This document shows positions 1-10,827 of a stretch of 64,000 nt of DNA, in pieces. The DNA lies in assembly GCF_006345805.1 (NCBI RefSeq), contig NC_042999.1, positions 154,566,001-154,630,000 on the forward strand. The letters run 5' to 3'. The stretch's first letter is position 1. The number at the start of each line of letters is the position of its first letter. The notes under the pieces were generated by a model that searched no databases, had not been told where the DNA came from, and saw only the letters and a list, made by a program, of their open reading frames with translations. The position numbers and the translations under genes are program-made. The stretch is from Octopus sinensis. Its lineage: Eukaryota.

Positions 1-219
1 GGGACAAACACGGATACACAAACACACACATACATATATATATATATACATATATACGACAGGCTTCTTTCAGTTTCCGTCTACCAAATCCACTCACATG
101 GCATTGGTCGGCCCGGGGCTATAGTAGAAGACACTTGCTCAAGGTGCCACGCAGTGGGACTGAACCCGGAACCATGTGGTTTGTTAGCAAGCTACTTACC
201 ACACAGCCACTCCTGCGCC
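1..219 (-). mobile_element. SINE family A (tRNA-like head, internal TA/TG microsatellite), partial
   Basis: Reverse complement of head GGCGCAGGAGTGGCTGTGTGGTAAGTAGCTTGC...GGTTCAGTCCC, shared with copies at 14455, 15150 and 18081. Confidence 0.85.
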
Positions 220-594
220 TATGTATATATATTTATTTATATTAAGACCATTACTAAACATAAATGCCTCACGCTAAGAGGTACTCTTACAGTCAAATCT
301 ACCATAATAAATAAACACATTGTATCGTACTCGAGGGAATGCGACTCTCGAAGTGAGCATTTTAAAAACAGAATTCAGGTGTATATCATATGATTTCATA
401 ATTAGTGCTCAAAATGCACTTTTTAATCGTCAGTGCAAGCATAATTCACGATACATAAAAATGAACAAAAATCAACATACCAGATGAACAGCAAATGTAT
501 CCAGCATAGTACATAGAATTGTTCACACTTATATATCTATGTAAAAGGCGGGCTTTTCGAATTGCATCTCGATATATGTCTTTACTCAGAATAA

Positions 595-1177
595 AATTCA
601 GCACTGAATATATTCCGGTTAAATTTACAATTGAAAAATAGGATAAAATCTTCATAAGAATTTATCAAGTAGTTAGCGTGAAAAACCTCATAAGGGGAAA
701 ATCCATCAATTATTCCTCTTAAATATATTTATTTATATTGAGAGCATTACTATACATAAATGCCTCAGGCTAGGAGAGAGACTTTTAAAGTCAAAACTAC
801 CATAATAAACACAGTTGACAATTCTTGAAATGTTCTTCAGCTTAAAAATATATATATGTGGTGGGGGTGTATGTATGTATTTATATGTATGTATGTATTA
901 CAAATTTATTTCAGCATTGTTTGTTGTTGTTGTTGTTGTTGCTGCTGCTGATGTTGTTGCTGTGTTTATTATGGTAGTTTAGACTTTAAGAGTCTCTCCT
1001 AGCGTGAGGCATTTATGTATAGTAATGCTCTTAACATAAATAAATATATTTAAGAGGAATAATTGATGGAGTTTTCCCTTATGAGGTTTTTCACGCTAAC
1101 TACTTGATAAATTCTTATAAAGATTTTATCCTATTTTTCAATTGTCAATTTAACCGGAATATATTCAGTGCTGAATT
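595..1177. repeat. Inverted duplication, ~220-bp arms (595-814 / 960-1177)
   Basis: Arms are reverse complements with few mismatches; a partial third copy lies at ~240-310. Confidence 0.9.
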
Positions 1178-1241
1178 AGCGTGAGGCATTTATGATAGTA
1201 ATGCCCTTAATATATAATATATAATATATATGTATATATAT

Positions 1242-1319
<78 letters not shown>

Positions 1320-1321
<2 letters not shown>

Positions 1322-1450
1322 TTATTTTATAGAAGGAGCTTCTACAGGACTAGAACTGTTTCATTCAAAAGAAATCATCAGGAGCTTCCTGATGATTTCT
1401 TTTGAATGAAACAGTTCTAGTCCTGTAGAAGCTCCTTCTATAAAATAAAT
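1320..1450. repeat. Perfect palindrome, 64-bp arms, 3-nt loop
   Basis: 1320-1383 is the exact reverse complement of 1387-1450. Confidence 0.95.
1381..1435 (+). ncRNA. Type I hammerhead ribozyme motif
   Basis: GGAGCTTC-CTGATGA-TTTCTTTTGAAT-GAA-ACAG-TTCTAGTC-CTGT-A-GAAGCTCC: 8-bp stem I, intact CUGAUGA/GAAA core, 4-bp stem III, GUA cleavage triplet; stem II is weak. Confidence 0.65.
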
Positions 1451-1611
1451 TAATTTACTCTGCTATGTATTGAGTACCTTATTTACTGTGGTTAACCCCG
1501 ACTCAACCCGGGACCTACATATATATATATAATAAATATTAGGGAATAAATCCAAATTTACAGGGAAAAAAATCAGATTTAGGATTAAATCCAATTTTAT
1601 AGTAAAATATT

Positions 1612-1798
1612 ATATAATATTAATTAGAGACAAAACCACTATTTTGCAAAACAAACAAGGAAAGACTTAATCAATACATAAAATTTTAATAAAAAGTAAA
1701 AAAACCGCGGTTTTTTTACTTTTTATTAAAATTTTATGTATTGATTAAGTCTTTCCTTGTTTGTTTTGCAAAATAGTGGTTTTGTCTCTAATTAATAT

Positions 1799-1803
<5 letters not shown>
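1612..1803. repeat. Perfect loop-less palindrome, 96-bp arms
   Basis: Centred on CCG|CGG at 1707/1708; arms match base for base. Confidence 0.95.
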
Positions 1804-1891
<88 letters not shown>

Positions 1892-1936
1892 GTATATATA
1901 TATATATATATTATAACTCACTCTGAGATTTATCAT

Positions 1937-1982
<46 letters not shown>

Positions 1983-2649
1983 TGTATGTATGCGTGTTTG
2001 TGTTAATTTTCCTCAACCTTGTTAATATGCTAATATTTGAGATGAGAAAGAGAAAGAAAGGCTCAGTTTGCTTTTCATCTGGCATCGCCGTTAACGTTAT
2101 AGCTTTGTGTGTCTTGCAAATTTCCATTCCTTCATCCCCACTTGTTGGCCAAACTTCAGAATACATCTTACTGAAATAGATTTGGACAATTTCCCAAAAT
2201 CGAGAGCTTTTTTTTTTTTTTTTTGCTTATTATATGTAAGAAATATATATATGAAGGAAGATGGTATAGGCTGTTAGTGGCGGTGTTGTGGCGGCGGCGG
2301 CGGCGGCGAGGAGGGGGTAAGATGTGAAGAACTACATAGAAATCCATATTGATTATTGGTCAAAGGATTAAGCACCATGTCGTCATAGGTCAGCTGACAA
2401 TTGACGGCTCTGCGAGCATTCTTGAGACGTTCTTCAGCTTAAACATATATGTGTGTGGTGGGGTGTATGTATATGTATGTATGTATTACAAATTTATTTC
2501 AGCAGTGTTTATTGCTGTTGTTGTTGTTGGGAGTGCTGGAGGTGGTGGAGGAGGGTGGCGGCAGTAACGGGGATTGTGATGGTTCTTTAGGTTAAGTAAA
2601 TATACGATATATTACAAATAGATTTCAAGCAAAATTGTAGGATCTTATA

Positions 2650-3530
2650 TTCTACTGTTGTTGTTGTTGTTGTCGTTTTTGTTACCCATGGTAGTAGTGG
2701 TAGCGGTGGTGGTGGTGGTGGTGGTGGTGCTTGTAATGGTGATGGTGGTGGTGGTGCTGGTGGTGCTGGTGGTGCTGGTGGTGGTGGTGGTGGTGGTGGT
2801 GACGGCGGTGATGGTGGTGGTGGTGGTTGTGGTGGTGGTGCTTGTAATGGTGCTGGTGATGGTGGCGGTGGTGGTGCTGGTGATGGTGATGGTGGTGGTG
2901 GTGGTGGTGGTGGTGGTGTTGGTGGTGGTGTTGGTGGTGGTGGTGGCGGTGGTGGTGGTGGTGGAGGTGGTGGTGGTGCTGGTGATGGTGATGGTGATGG
3001 TGGCGGTGGTGGTGGTGGTGGTGGTGGTGGTGGTGTGGTGGTGGTGGTGGTGGTGGTGGTGGTGGTGCTTGTAATGGTGCTGGTGATGGTGGTGGTGGTG
3101 GTGCTGGTGATGGTGATGTGGTGGCGGTGGTGGTGGTGGTGGTGGTGGTGGTGGTGGTGGTGGAGGTGGTGGTGGTGCTGGTGATGGTGATGGTGGTGGT
3201 GGTGGTGGTGGTGGAGGTGGTGGTGGATGGTGGTGGTGGTGGTGGTGGTGGTGGTGGTGGTGGCGGCGGTGGTGGTGGTGGTGGTGGTGGTGGCGGCGGT
3301 GGTGGTGGTGGTGGTGGTGGTGGCGGCGGTGGTGGCGGTTGTAGTGGTGGCAGTGGTGGTGACGGTGGTGGTGGTGGTGGTGGTGACGGTGGTGGTGGTG
3401 ACGGTGGTGGTGGTGCGGTGGTGGTGGTGACGGTGGTGGTGGTGGTGGTTGGTGGTGGTGGTGGGTGTGTTGGTGGTGATGGGTGTGATTGTGGTTTCGG
3501 TGGTGATGGGGGTGGGGGTGGGGGTTAGTG
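2650..3530. repeat. Long (GGT)n microsatellite with interspersed variant units
   Basis: About 880 bp of GGT/GCT/GAT triplets; motif GCTTGTAATGGTG recurs at ~2729, 2840 and 3067. Confidence 0.95.
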
Positions 3531-3685
3531 AAAGCATGTAGCTTAGTTACTCGAGTATTCAACTCACAATCGTATGTTCGTGAGTTTGATTCCCAGCGGC
3601 GCGTTGTGTCCTTGAGCAAGACACTCTATTTCACGTAGCCCCAGTCGACTCAGCTGCCAAAAACTGAGTCGTACTAGTACTTCAA
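3530..3685 (+). mobile_element. SINE family D (tRNA-like head followed by GTGTCCTTGAGCAAGACACT core)
   Basis: Degenerate A/B boxes and a core shared with copies at 13168, 27930-28085, 29760 and 41765. Confidence 0.7.
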
Positions 3686-3689
3686 ACGG

Positions 3690-4085
3690 CCACAGTTTCA
3701 TCGCTCTGCGCGCATCTTCGAGCAAGCCCGGATGACTGGACTCCCGTACCTGTAGAGTTCATCCCGAACAGGCAGTGCCCCGCAGTAGCACTGCCAAGGA
3801 CCTCTGGAAAATATCCATAGGCCTCGGTAGTTCGGAACCTGAATAGTTCCGAACTACCGAGCAGATGTCGCTGTACATTGCTGCGATCCAGCCACGGAGA
3901 ATGGGACCGAACCCGACTACCGTCCGAACGGCCACCAGATGCTGGTTGTCGACCCTATCAAAGGGTATAGATTGATCTAAATTGATCTATGCCAGATTCA
4001 TTACCCACATTCTATATGATGTGTCGCATGAGGTGGAAGTTGTCATGGAAGGATCTGCTTGGAATGGTGCATGATTGCGCAGGTG
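3690..4085 (-). mobile_element. Tx1/L1-like LINE relic: RT fragment fused to C-terminal Cys-rich fragment
   Basis: Minus strand reads QSCTIPSRSFHDNFHLMRHII...INLDQSIPFDRVDNQHL...GFGPILRGWIAAMYSDICSVVR, then WQCYCGALPVRDELYRYGS...RCAQSDETV. Confidence 0.75.
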
Positions 4086-4234
4086 ATCAAGCGCGAAATA
4101 GGGGGAAAGAAGAAGAGTGAAATTCAAAGAAATTCAAAGAGAGTACGTCAGACAGATTGAAGAGAAACTTCTGCATGGTCAGTTTTGGAGAGCCACTGAA
4201 GAAGTATGTGGAACAAGATCCTGGGCTTGATTAA

Positions 4235-4737
4235 CCCCTTGACAACGGTTGACGCAAATATGCGATCACACTTTTGCTTGCCTACCCGCGGTAATGTAAA
4301 TATACGATGTAGAGCTGCCCTACATCTATCACGGACATTTTAGCGGCTGGCGTATGTTTTACGTTCGCTATCGTGTATTTTATCTCTTTAGGTGCGAGCA
4401 CTCGCCGTATCGTGCATTATCTTAGCTATTTTAGGTTACGTTCAAGTCATGAGACTAGCAGTAGACCAATGACATGCGGATACTTTACATGCATAATACC
4501 GAGTTTTGAGTTGTACCACACGTAAGCTATTTTTTGAACTTGAGCAGAATAACTCGTGCATATCATATTATGATAAATAACTTCGCCTTGTTCGTTTTCA
4601 TAAGGTTGACTTTATTGTAACAGTGAACGGAAATAGACGCGAGCTCGTTGGCACTTGTGTGTTTGTGTAGCCTCATTAGATAAAAAAAAATCCGGAGCAG
4701 TGTCTCGCATGCTTCGGGTACTACCGGCATCAAGGGG
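4235..4737. mobile_element. Non-autonomous piggyBac-type element (MITE)
   Basis: TTAA target duplication (4231-4234, 4738-4741); TIRs CCCCTTGA...TCAAGGGG extending imperfectly to ~15 bp. Confidence 0.85.
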
Positions 4738-4840
4738 TTAAAAAAAAGGGGTAATTAAAAAAAAGAGAGAAACAGTGGGCCTAATTGTAGCAACCCAAGA
4801 TCAAGCGATAAAAACAAACAACTTAAGTAAAAATATATAT

Positions 4841-5075
4841 ATTTCTTTACTGCCCACAAGGGGCTAAACATAGAAGGACAAACAAGGACAGACAAACGGA
4901 TTAAGTCGATTACATTGATCCCAGTGTTAAACTTGTACTTTATTTATCGACCCCGAAAGGATGAAAGGCAAAGTCGACCTCGGCGGAATTTGAACTCAGA
5001 ACGTAACGACAGACGAAATACTGCAAAGCATTTCGCCCGGCACGCTAACGTTTCTGCCAGCTCACCGCCATATTG
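4841..5075 (-). mobile_element. SINE family B monomer with 15-bp TSD
   Basis: Head GGCGGTGAGCTGGCAGAAACG; TSD AGTAAAAATATATAT at 4826-4840 and 5076-5090. Confidence 0.9.
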
Positions 5076-5715
5076 AGTAAAAATATATATGGAGAGAATG
5101 TGTCAGAAAAATATAAAGCCGGTGGAACTTGGAACGAGAAAGTGGTGCACATTGTGAAAGAATGCTCCATGTTGGTACAGGAATAATATACGAAATAGAA
5201 CCAGGATGTAAAAGTTTTACATTGGAAACTTTGCCAGAAATGGGGATTTGGAGTCGGAGAAATATCAGATTTTATTGGACTTTCTTATTCAAACGGACAA
5301 GTTAGAAAATAAGAGACCGGACATAACAATTATAGATAAAGAAAAATGAAGATGCTTACTATTCAACCCATCATACTCGTTGGATTCCAGGATCGTAAAG
5401 AAAGAGGACGGAAAACAAAAAAATACAATCCCTTAAAATTTTAAAGAAGAATTTGGAATATGGAAACTGTAAAGGTCGTGCCTATAATAACTGGTGCGTT
5501 GGGAACAGTAAGCAAAGATATAGACAAATGGCTGAAGGAGATTGAAATAGAATGCCCGGTAGAGCTCCTACAAAAAGTTTGCTTCTTAGGGACAGCAAGA
5601 ATTATCAGGAGGGTTCTAAGCACTTGAAAGACTTCTGAAAACTTGTGGATACCTAAGGGAATAGGTAGTAACCCGCTACCAGCATAAATCCTACCAGGAA
5701 TAAGAACCAAACCAA

Positions 5716-5760
<45 letters not shown>

Positions 5761-5772
5761 TAATAATAATAA

Positions 5773-6177
5773 AAATGCTTTCTAATTGATGTATCAATAC
5801 CGGCTGATGACAACGTGTCTCTAAAGAAATGGAGGAAAAACTCTCAAAATACAAAGACCTGGAAATAGAGGTAACTAGAATGTGGAATCTGAAAACAGAA
5901 ACAATTCCTATCATAGTAGGTGCATTAGGCATGATAAAAAAATATTCAGACAAATACATAACAAAAACACCAGGACTTACAAACACATATAACATACAGA
6001 AAATTGCACTACTAGGCACTGCACACATCCTACGCAGAACACTTTCCATACAATAACCATCAGAGCATCACAACAAATCACAGCACATACCCAAGGCACA
6101 CAGAGCTGCGCTCGGTAGTGAAGTGAAAGCACGCTATAAAAATAAAACTACTGAATAATAATAATAATAATAATAAT
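5773..6177 (+). mobile_element. RLE LINE 3' end (family 2)
   Basis: ORF 5829-6056 EEKLSKYKDLEIEVTRMWNLKTETIPIIVGALG...QKIALLGTAHILRRTL; (AAT)n on both sides. Confidence 0.85.
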
Positions 6178-6179
6178 AT

Positions 6180-6500
6180 TTCATGCAGGAAGTGCAAAAG
6201 ATAGTCTTAACTGGTACGTCACATGTATTGAGAAGAGCATTATCGCTGTGAATTTTCTTTCCTTTTCCCTCTTTATTTTTTTGTTTTGTTTTCATTTTTC
6301 TTCTTTTTTCTTTTTTCCTTATCTTCTCTGTCTTTCTTTTTCTTCTATGACACGATTTTGTAAATGTACAATATGGAGTCTTTATTTTAATGACCTTCCA
6401 ATGTATACAGTGAGTTTCTTTGCCCTAGGTGTCGGGAAGACACTCGGCAGAAATGGCAACAAAATTGTAAGAAGAGTGTAATGATAATAACGATAATAAT
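6180..6500 (+). mobile_element. RLE LINE extreme 3' end (family 3)
   Basis: QEVQKIVLTGTSHVLRRALSL* plus a 3' UTR shared with the copy at 25787. Confidence 0.75.
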
Positions 6501-7164
6501 AATAAAAGATACAGTTATGTAAATTGGCTCGTTTAGACGTTTGTATCTATGCATGGGGTCACAGTGAAAGCAGTACATCAGCTAGTGCTGGGAGAGGGTG
6601 TAGACCGTCCTGCGCTTCTTCCTGTACGCCAAAGGCCAGACCATTCCCAGTTTGGCCGATTTGCCATCCCAAGTTCAGAACATCATTATTGATTGATTCT
6701 AGCCGAGATCAAAGTCAATTACTTTATTGTTAACAACATTTCATCATCGATTACGTGTGTTCATTATTGTAGAACATTGGCTACTAATAATATCAAAGTT
6801 ATTTTTATCTGTATCAATGTGAAACAGCATGTGCGCTTGTGAGTGGGTGCTGCATGTGTGTCTGTCTCACTGAGCCTGCATGCATGTGTGCCTCCGTGCA
6901 TGTGTGCTTGCGTGTGTGTGTGTGTTCTGTTTGTGTATGTGTCTGTATATTTGAATATGAAGGTGTAGGTGTATGCGTGTGTGCATATGTGTCTGCATAT
7001 ATCCCTGTGTTTGTCTATGCGTGTGTGTGTATGCATGTGCCTCTGTGGATGTGTGCTGTGTTTGTATTTATGCATATATCTATGTGTATGTTTGTAGGTG
7101 TATGAGTGCGCATGTGTATATGTATTTCTATGCGCGATAACGTGTGTGTTCGTGTGTGTATGTG

Positions 7165-8290
7165 TGCATCTGTGTATATGCATATACGAGGTCTGATCAA
7201 CAGGTATCCGGACTGTTGCCATCGTAACGAAGATAAAGCACGCAGAGTAAAGTCGCTTAGCACAGACTGATCTTGACCTCTGTGGTGCATGCACACTAAG
7301 TTTTAACGTTCTAGCTCACTTCCGCTGTTTACAGCAGTTCTTGGAAGGAAAGTGTCGCGTGTGTACGGGTCGTCTGCTGCTGGAGAGGACCAACCAGGTA
7401 AAGGACCTGGGTATCTTGGTGGATTCTTCCTTTTCGCCTTCGGCCCAATGCGTCCATGCTGCCAACAAAGCATGCGGATTTCTGTTTTTGATTCCACGGT
7501 CATTCGGAATGCTCACAGCAGCCATATTCCTACTGCTCTATGTCACGCTGGTGAGACCCATATTGTAGTACGGGATTCAAGCCTCTTCTCCTTATCTCCT
7601 CAAAGACATACATCATCTCGAAAGAGTCCAGAAGCTGGCTACCCGCATGGATTTTGGTCTCAAGCATTTGTCTTATGAAGAAAGGCTGAAGACGCTCGAC
7701 CTTTATTCTCTAGAAAAACGACGACGCCGTGATGATCTCATTCTCGCTCACAACATCATAAGTAGAAAGTGTAACCTCTCGAAAGAGCTGTTCTTCGCTC
7801 CTGCTCCAGAGCGTCGGCTGCGGGGTCACTCCGAAAAGCTCTATCTGCGACGATTTCATCTCAATCGAAGGAAAGGGGCTTTCTCCGTCCGGGTTGCGGA
7901 TCCGTGGAATAAGCTGCCGGACGATATAGTGAAGATGCCGACGACCGCTCGGTTCAAAGTCTCTCTTGACCAGAAATGGCCTGAACTCTTTGCTTGAACA
8001 CCTTCCCTGTACTTAACTCCATGTCCCCCTACATGGCCTTGCTTTTTGCTTTTTGAGCCAAAAAACTAACTTAACTTAGCGTGTGATTGTCTCATTGACT
8101 ATGACAGAGAAAGTTGTCATGGCGATACCTGCTCAGAGGCTTGTGCAAAGTTGCAGAAAGTGTATGGAGAGGGGTGTATGAGGTGCACACAAGTGTACGA
8201 GTGGTTCAGATGTTTCCAAAATGGCCGAAAAAATGTCGATATTGACGAACGTTCTGGGAGACCCGCAACCAACATAACTGAGAAAAACAT
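7165..8290 (+). mobile_element. Mariner element 5' part, interrupted by a CR1 LINE
   Basis: TA followed by CGAGGTCTGATCAA terminus; transposase N-terminal remnant CAKLQKVYGEGCM...VYEWFRCFQNGRKNVDIDERSGRP at ~8140-8275. Confidence 0.75.
7364..8078 (+). mobile_element. CR1-clade LINE 3' fragment (RT C-terminus), frameshifted
   Basis: QVKDLGILVDSSFSPSAQC...LVRPIL / LSYEERLKTLDLYSLEKRRRRDDLI...WNKLP; AACT-type tail; TSD GCGTGTG at 7357-7363 and 8079-8085. Confidence 0.9.
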
Positions 8291-8319
8291 ACACAACTGA
8301 AAAAAACAAATGCAAAACA

Positions 8320-8940
8320 AGGCGGCGAGCTGGCAGAAACGTTAGTACACCGGACAAAATGCTTAGTTTTATTTCGTCCGTTTTTACGTTCTAAGCTCAA
8401 ATTCCACCGAGGTCGACTTTACCTCTCATCCTTTCGGGGGTCGATAAACTAAGTACCAGTCGAGTTCTGGGGTCGATGTAAGTGACTAGCCACCATCCCC
8501 CAAAGCGACGTAATTTTAAATAATAAACCGCGATAGGTGAACCGTGACAGGTGAACCGCGATATGGTGAGGGATTACTCTATTATGATTAATGACACTGA
8601 AAACATCAAAAATGAAGCCAACTAATTTAATGCCCTAATAATTCTAATGAATAAGTATTATAACATTGATGTGATACTTACTGTGTACCTACTTTTGCAC
8701 ACACCTGTATTTTTATGTTGGGACATATTTTAAAGGCAGTCACCTGGCAGAATCGTTATCATGTCGGACGAAATGTTTAACTGCATTTCTTCCATCGCTT
8801 TACGTTCTGAGGTCAAATCCCGCCGAGGTCACCTTTGTCGTTCATCAACTTCGGGGTCGGGAAAATTACGTACCGGTCAAAAGCTGGATTCGATGTAATC
8901 GATTTGTCCCTTGCGTCAAAATGGTTTGCCTAGAACTTGT
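8320..8940 (+). mobile_element. Two degenerate SINE B copies (8320-8505, 8733-8940) flanking a Tigger-MITE end (8504-8578)
   Basis: SINE B head and core motifs; 8504-8578 is the reverse complement of the left end of the MITE at 22330. Confidence 0.7.
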
Positions 8941-9483
8941 AACGGTGTTCCGTTCAAGAGGAGAATTGTGATCTCGGTCTCTTACACGCCACGGAAACGG
9001 GGAATTAGTCTTTTGCGTCCTAGGGCCCAAGAAAAAATAATACAGAAATGCATTTTAAATATGTTAGTTTCTCCAGTTGTTGTCTGGCATCAGTAACGGT
9101 TATACGTGTGTGTGCGCGTGTGTGTATAGATATATTAATAGATATGCATATAAGTATATACGTATGTATGTCGGTTGGTATGTATGTACATACTACGCAG
9201 TATAATTAATATAATCAGTTGCATAAGATTTTAAGTATCTGACAAGATGGTGGACGAAGTCGACAGAACTGCATTAATAGAACAATGCTATGTGAAATAA
9301 GCAACTATTCTTGTTAGTTATGAGGTGTGTAGGTGTAATGATATAGGAAAAAAGTGATAAATGCATACATACAAATAGTGAAATCCAAATGGCCAAAGTA
9401 AAAACAGCTTTTTAGCCTCTGGCAGAGACAATACTTGAATAAATAATACAAGAGGGGGGCGGTAATCAATGAACGAAGTTTAT

Positions 9484-9893
9484 TACTCTTTACTCTCTTT
9501 TTTACTCTTTTATTTGTTTCAGTCATTTGAGTGTGGCCATGCTGAAGCATCGCCTTTAGTCGAGCAAATCGACCCCAGGACTTATTCTTTGCAAGCCTAG
9601 TACTTATTCCATCGGTCTCTTTTGCCGAACCGCTCAGTGACGGGGACGTAAACACACCAGCATCGGTTGTCAAGCGATGTTGGGGTGACAAACACAGACA
9701 CACAAACATATACACACACATACATACACATATATATATACATATATACGACGAGCTTCTTTCAGTTTCCGTCTACCAAATCCACTCACAAGGCTTTGGT
9801 CGGCCCGAGGCCATAGTAGAAGACATTTGCCCAAGGTGCCGCGCAGTGGGACTGAACCCGGAACCATATGGCTCGTAAGCAAGCTACTTACCA
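9484..9893 (-). mobile_element. SINE family A, nearly full length
   Basis: Head, internal microsatellite and GTAAAAGAG-type tail all present. Confidence 0.85.
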
Positions 9894-10827
9894 TACAAGC
9901 AATGTATTCAATATATTTGGCCCATTTGCGAAATTACGTAGAAGTTCTGATGACTGCTGCTATACAACTCCAGTATATATCAACAAAGGTTGCTTTCTAA
10001 GTGATAAATAAGTCCGTTAAGGAAAGGAGTAGCATAGGTAGTCATGTACTTCATGTGTTTCAAAAGGAGCACGGAGCTCATATTACATACTTTAAAGGTC
10101 TAGGTAATTATTCAGTGCTCTTTCCTATCGGTTACTTGCAATTTCTATGCTGCAATGAATCCGCCAAGAGAAACCGGGGAAAATATGTACAGTCGAACGG
10201 AGAGTGAAAGTAGGAATTGATCAAATAACCAGTCCAGTGCCTCTTCTGTAAATAACTTCAGTGACGGAGAATAGGATGCGGTTATAAGGTCTATTCTTTT
10301 CTATATAAATTTATTTATGGTGTGGCGTTTGATAGTTCTTCGGTCATTAATACTTTCACTATATGGTTATAAAGCTGAAAAAAAGCGCCATAGTGGACAA
10401 GTCAGCTTACAACACGGAACGTTAATTACTTAAACTCCCGTGTTGCATATCTATATGCGTGTAATCAAACTTCTTTGTGTGTGTGTGTGTGCGAGTGATG
10501 GCATGTACGTACCTATTTTGCATTCTTTTATGTAGTGACGTATGCATGCAGGAGTGCGTGAGGACAAGTAATTTGCAAATGGCGCCTTATCTGCTGCTTT
10601 ATACATCAGTTTCTTATCATTTCATCTTTGCGCATGTGAAGGCTTCTGCGCGTACGTACGTGTGTGTGTGTGTGTGTGCGTGAGTGTGTGTGTGCGCGCG
10701 TGAGTATGTGTGTGGCATGAATGTATATTCTTTGTATATATATTTGTGTATAAGTATATTGTGCATTGGTGCATCTTCAGCGAGGTAGTATGAGTTTTAA
10801 GAAGTTCAGTTCCTTATTTGTGTATGT

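Larger units (their letters stand above)
4100..5715 (+). mobile_element. R4/Dong-like RLE LINE 3' fragment (family 1), interrupted by two insertions
   Basis: LHGQFWRATEEV...SW, VATQDQAIKTNN, VVHIVKEC, RPDITIIDK, VPIITGALGTVSKDIDKWLKEIEIECPVELLQKVCFLGTARIIRRVLST; ends in an (AAT)n tail. Confidence 0.85.

Noticed and set aside
1745-2179. YIYIYI / CVCV / HTHT ORFs here and throughout the track
   Set aside because: Artefacts of (TA)n, (TG)n and (CATA)n arrays
2587-3619. 316-aa and 324-aa Pro/Thr/His-rich ORFs (extensin- or mucin-like)
   Set aside because: They are translations of a (GGT)n microsatellite that lacks stops in most frames; open on both strands
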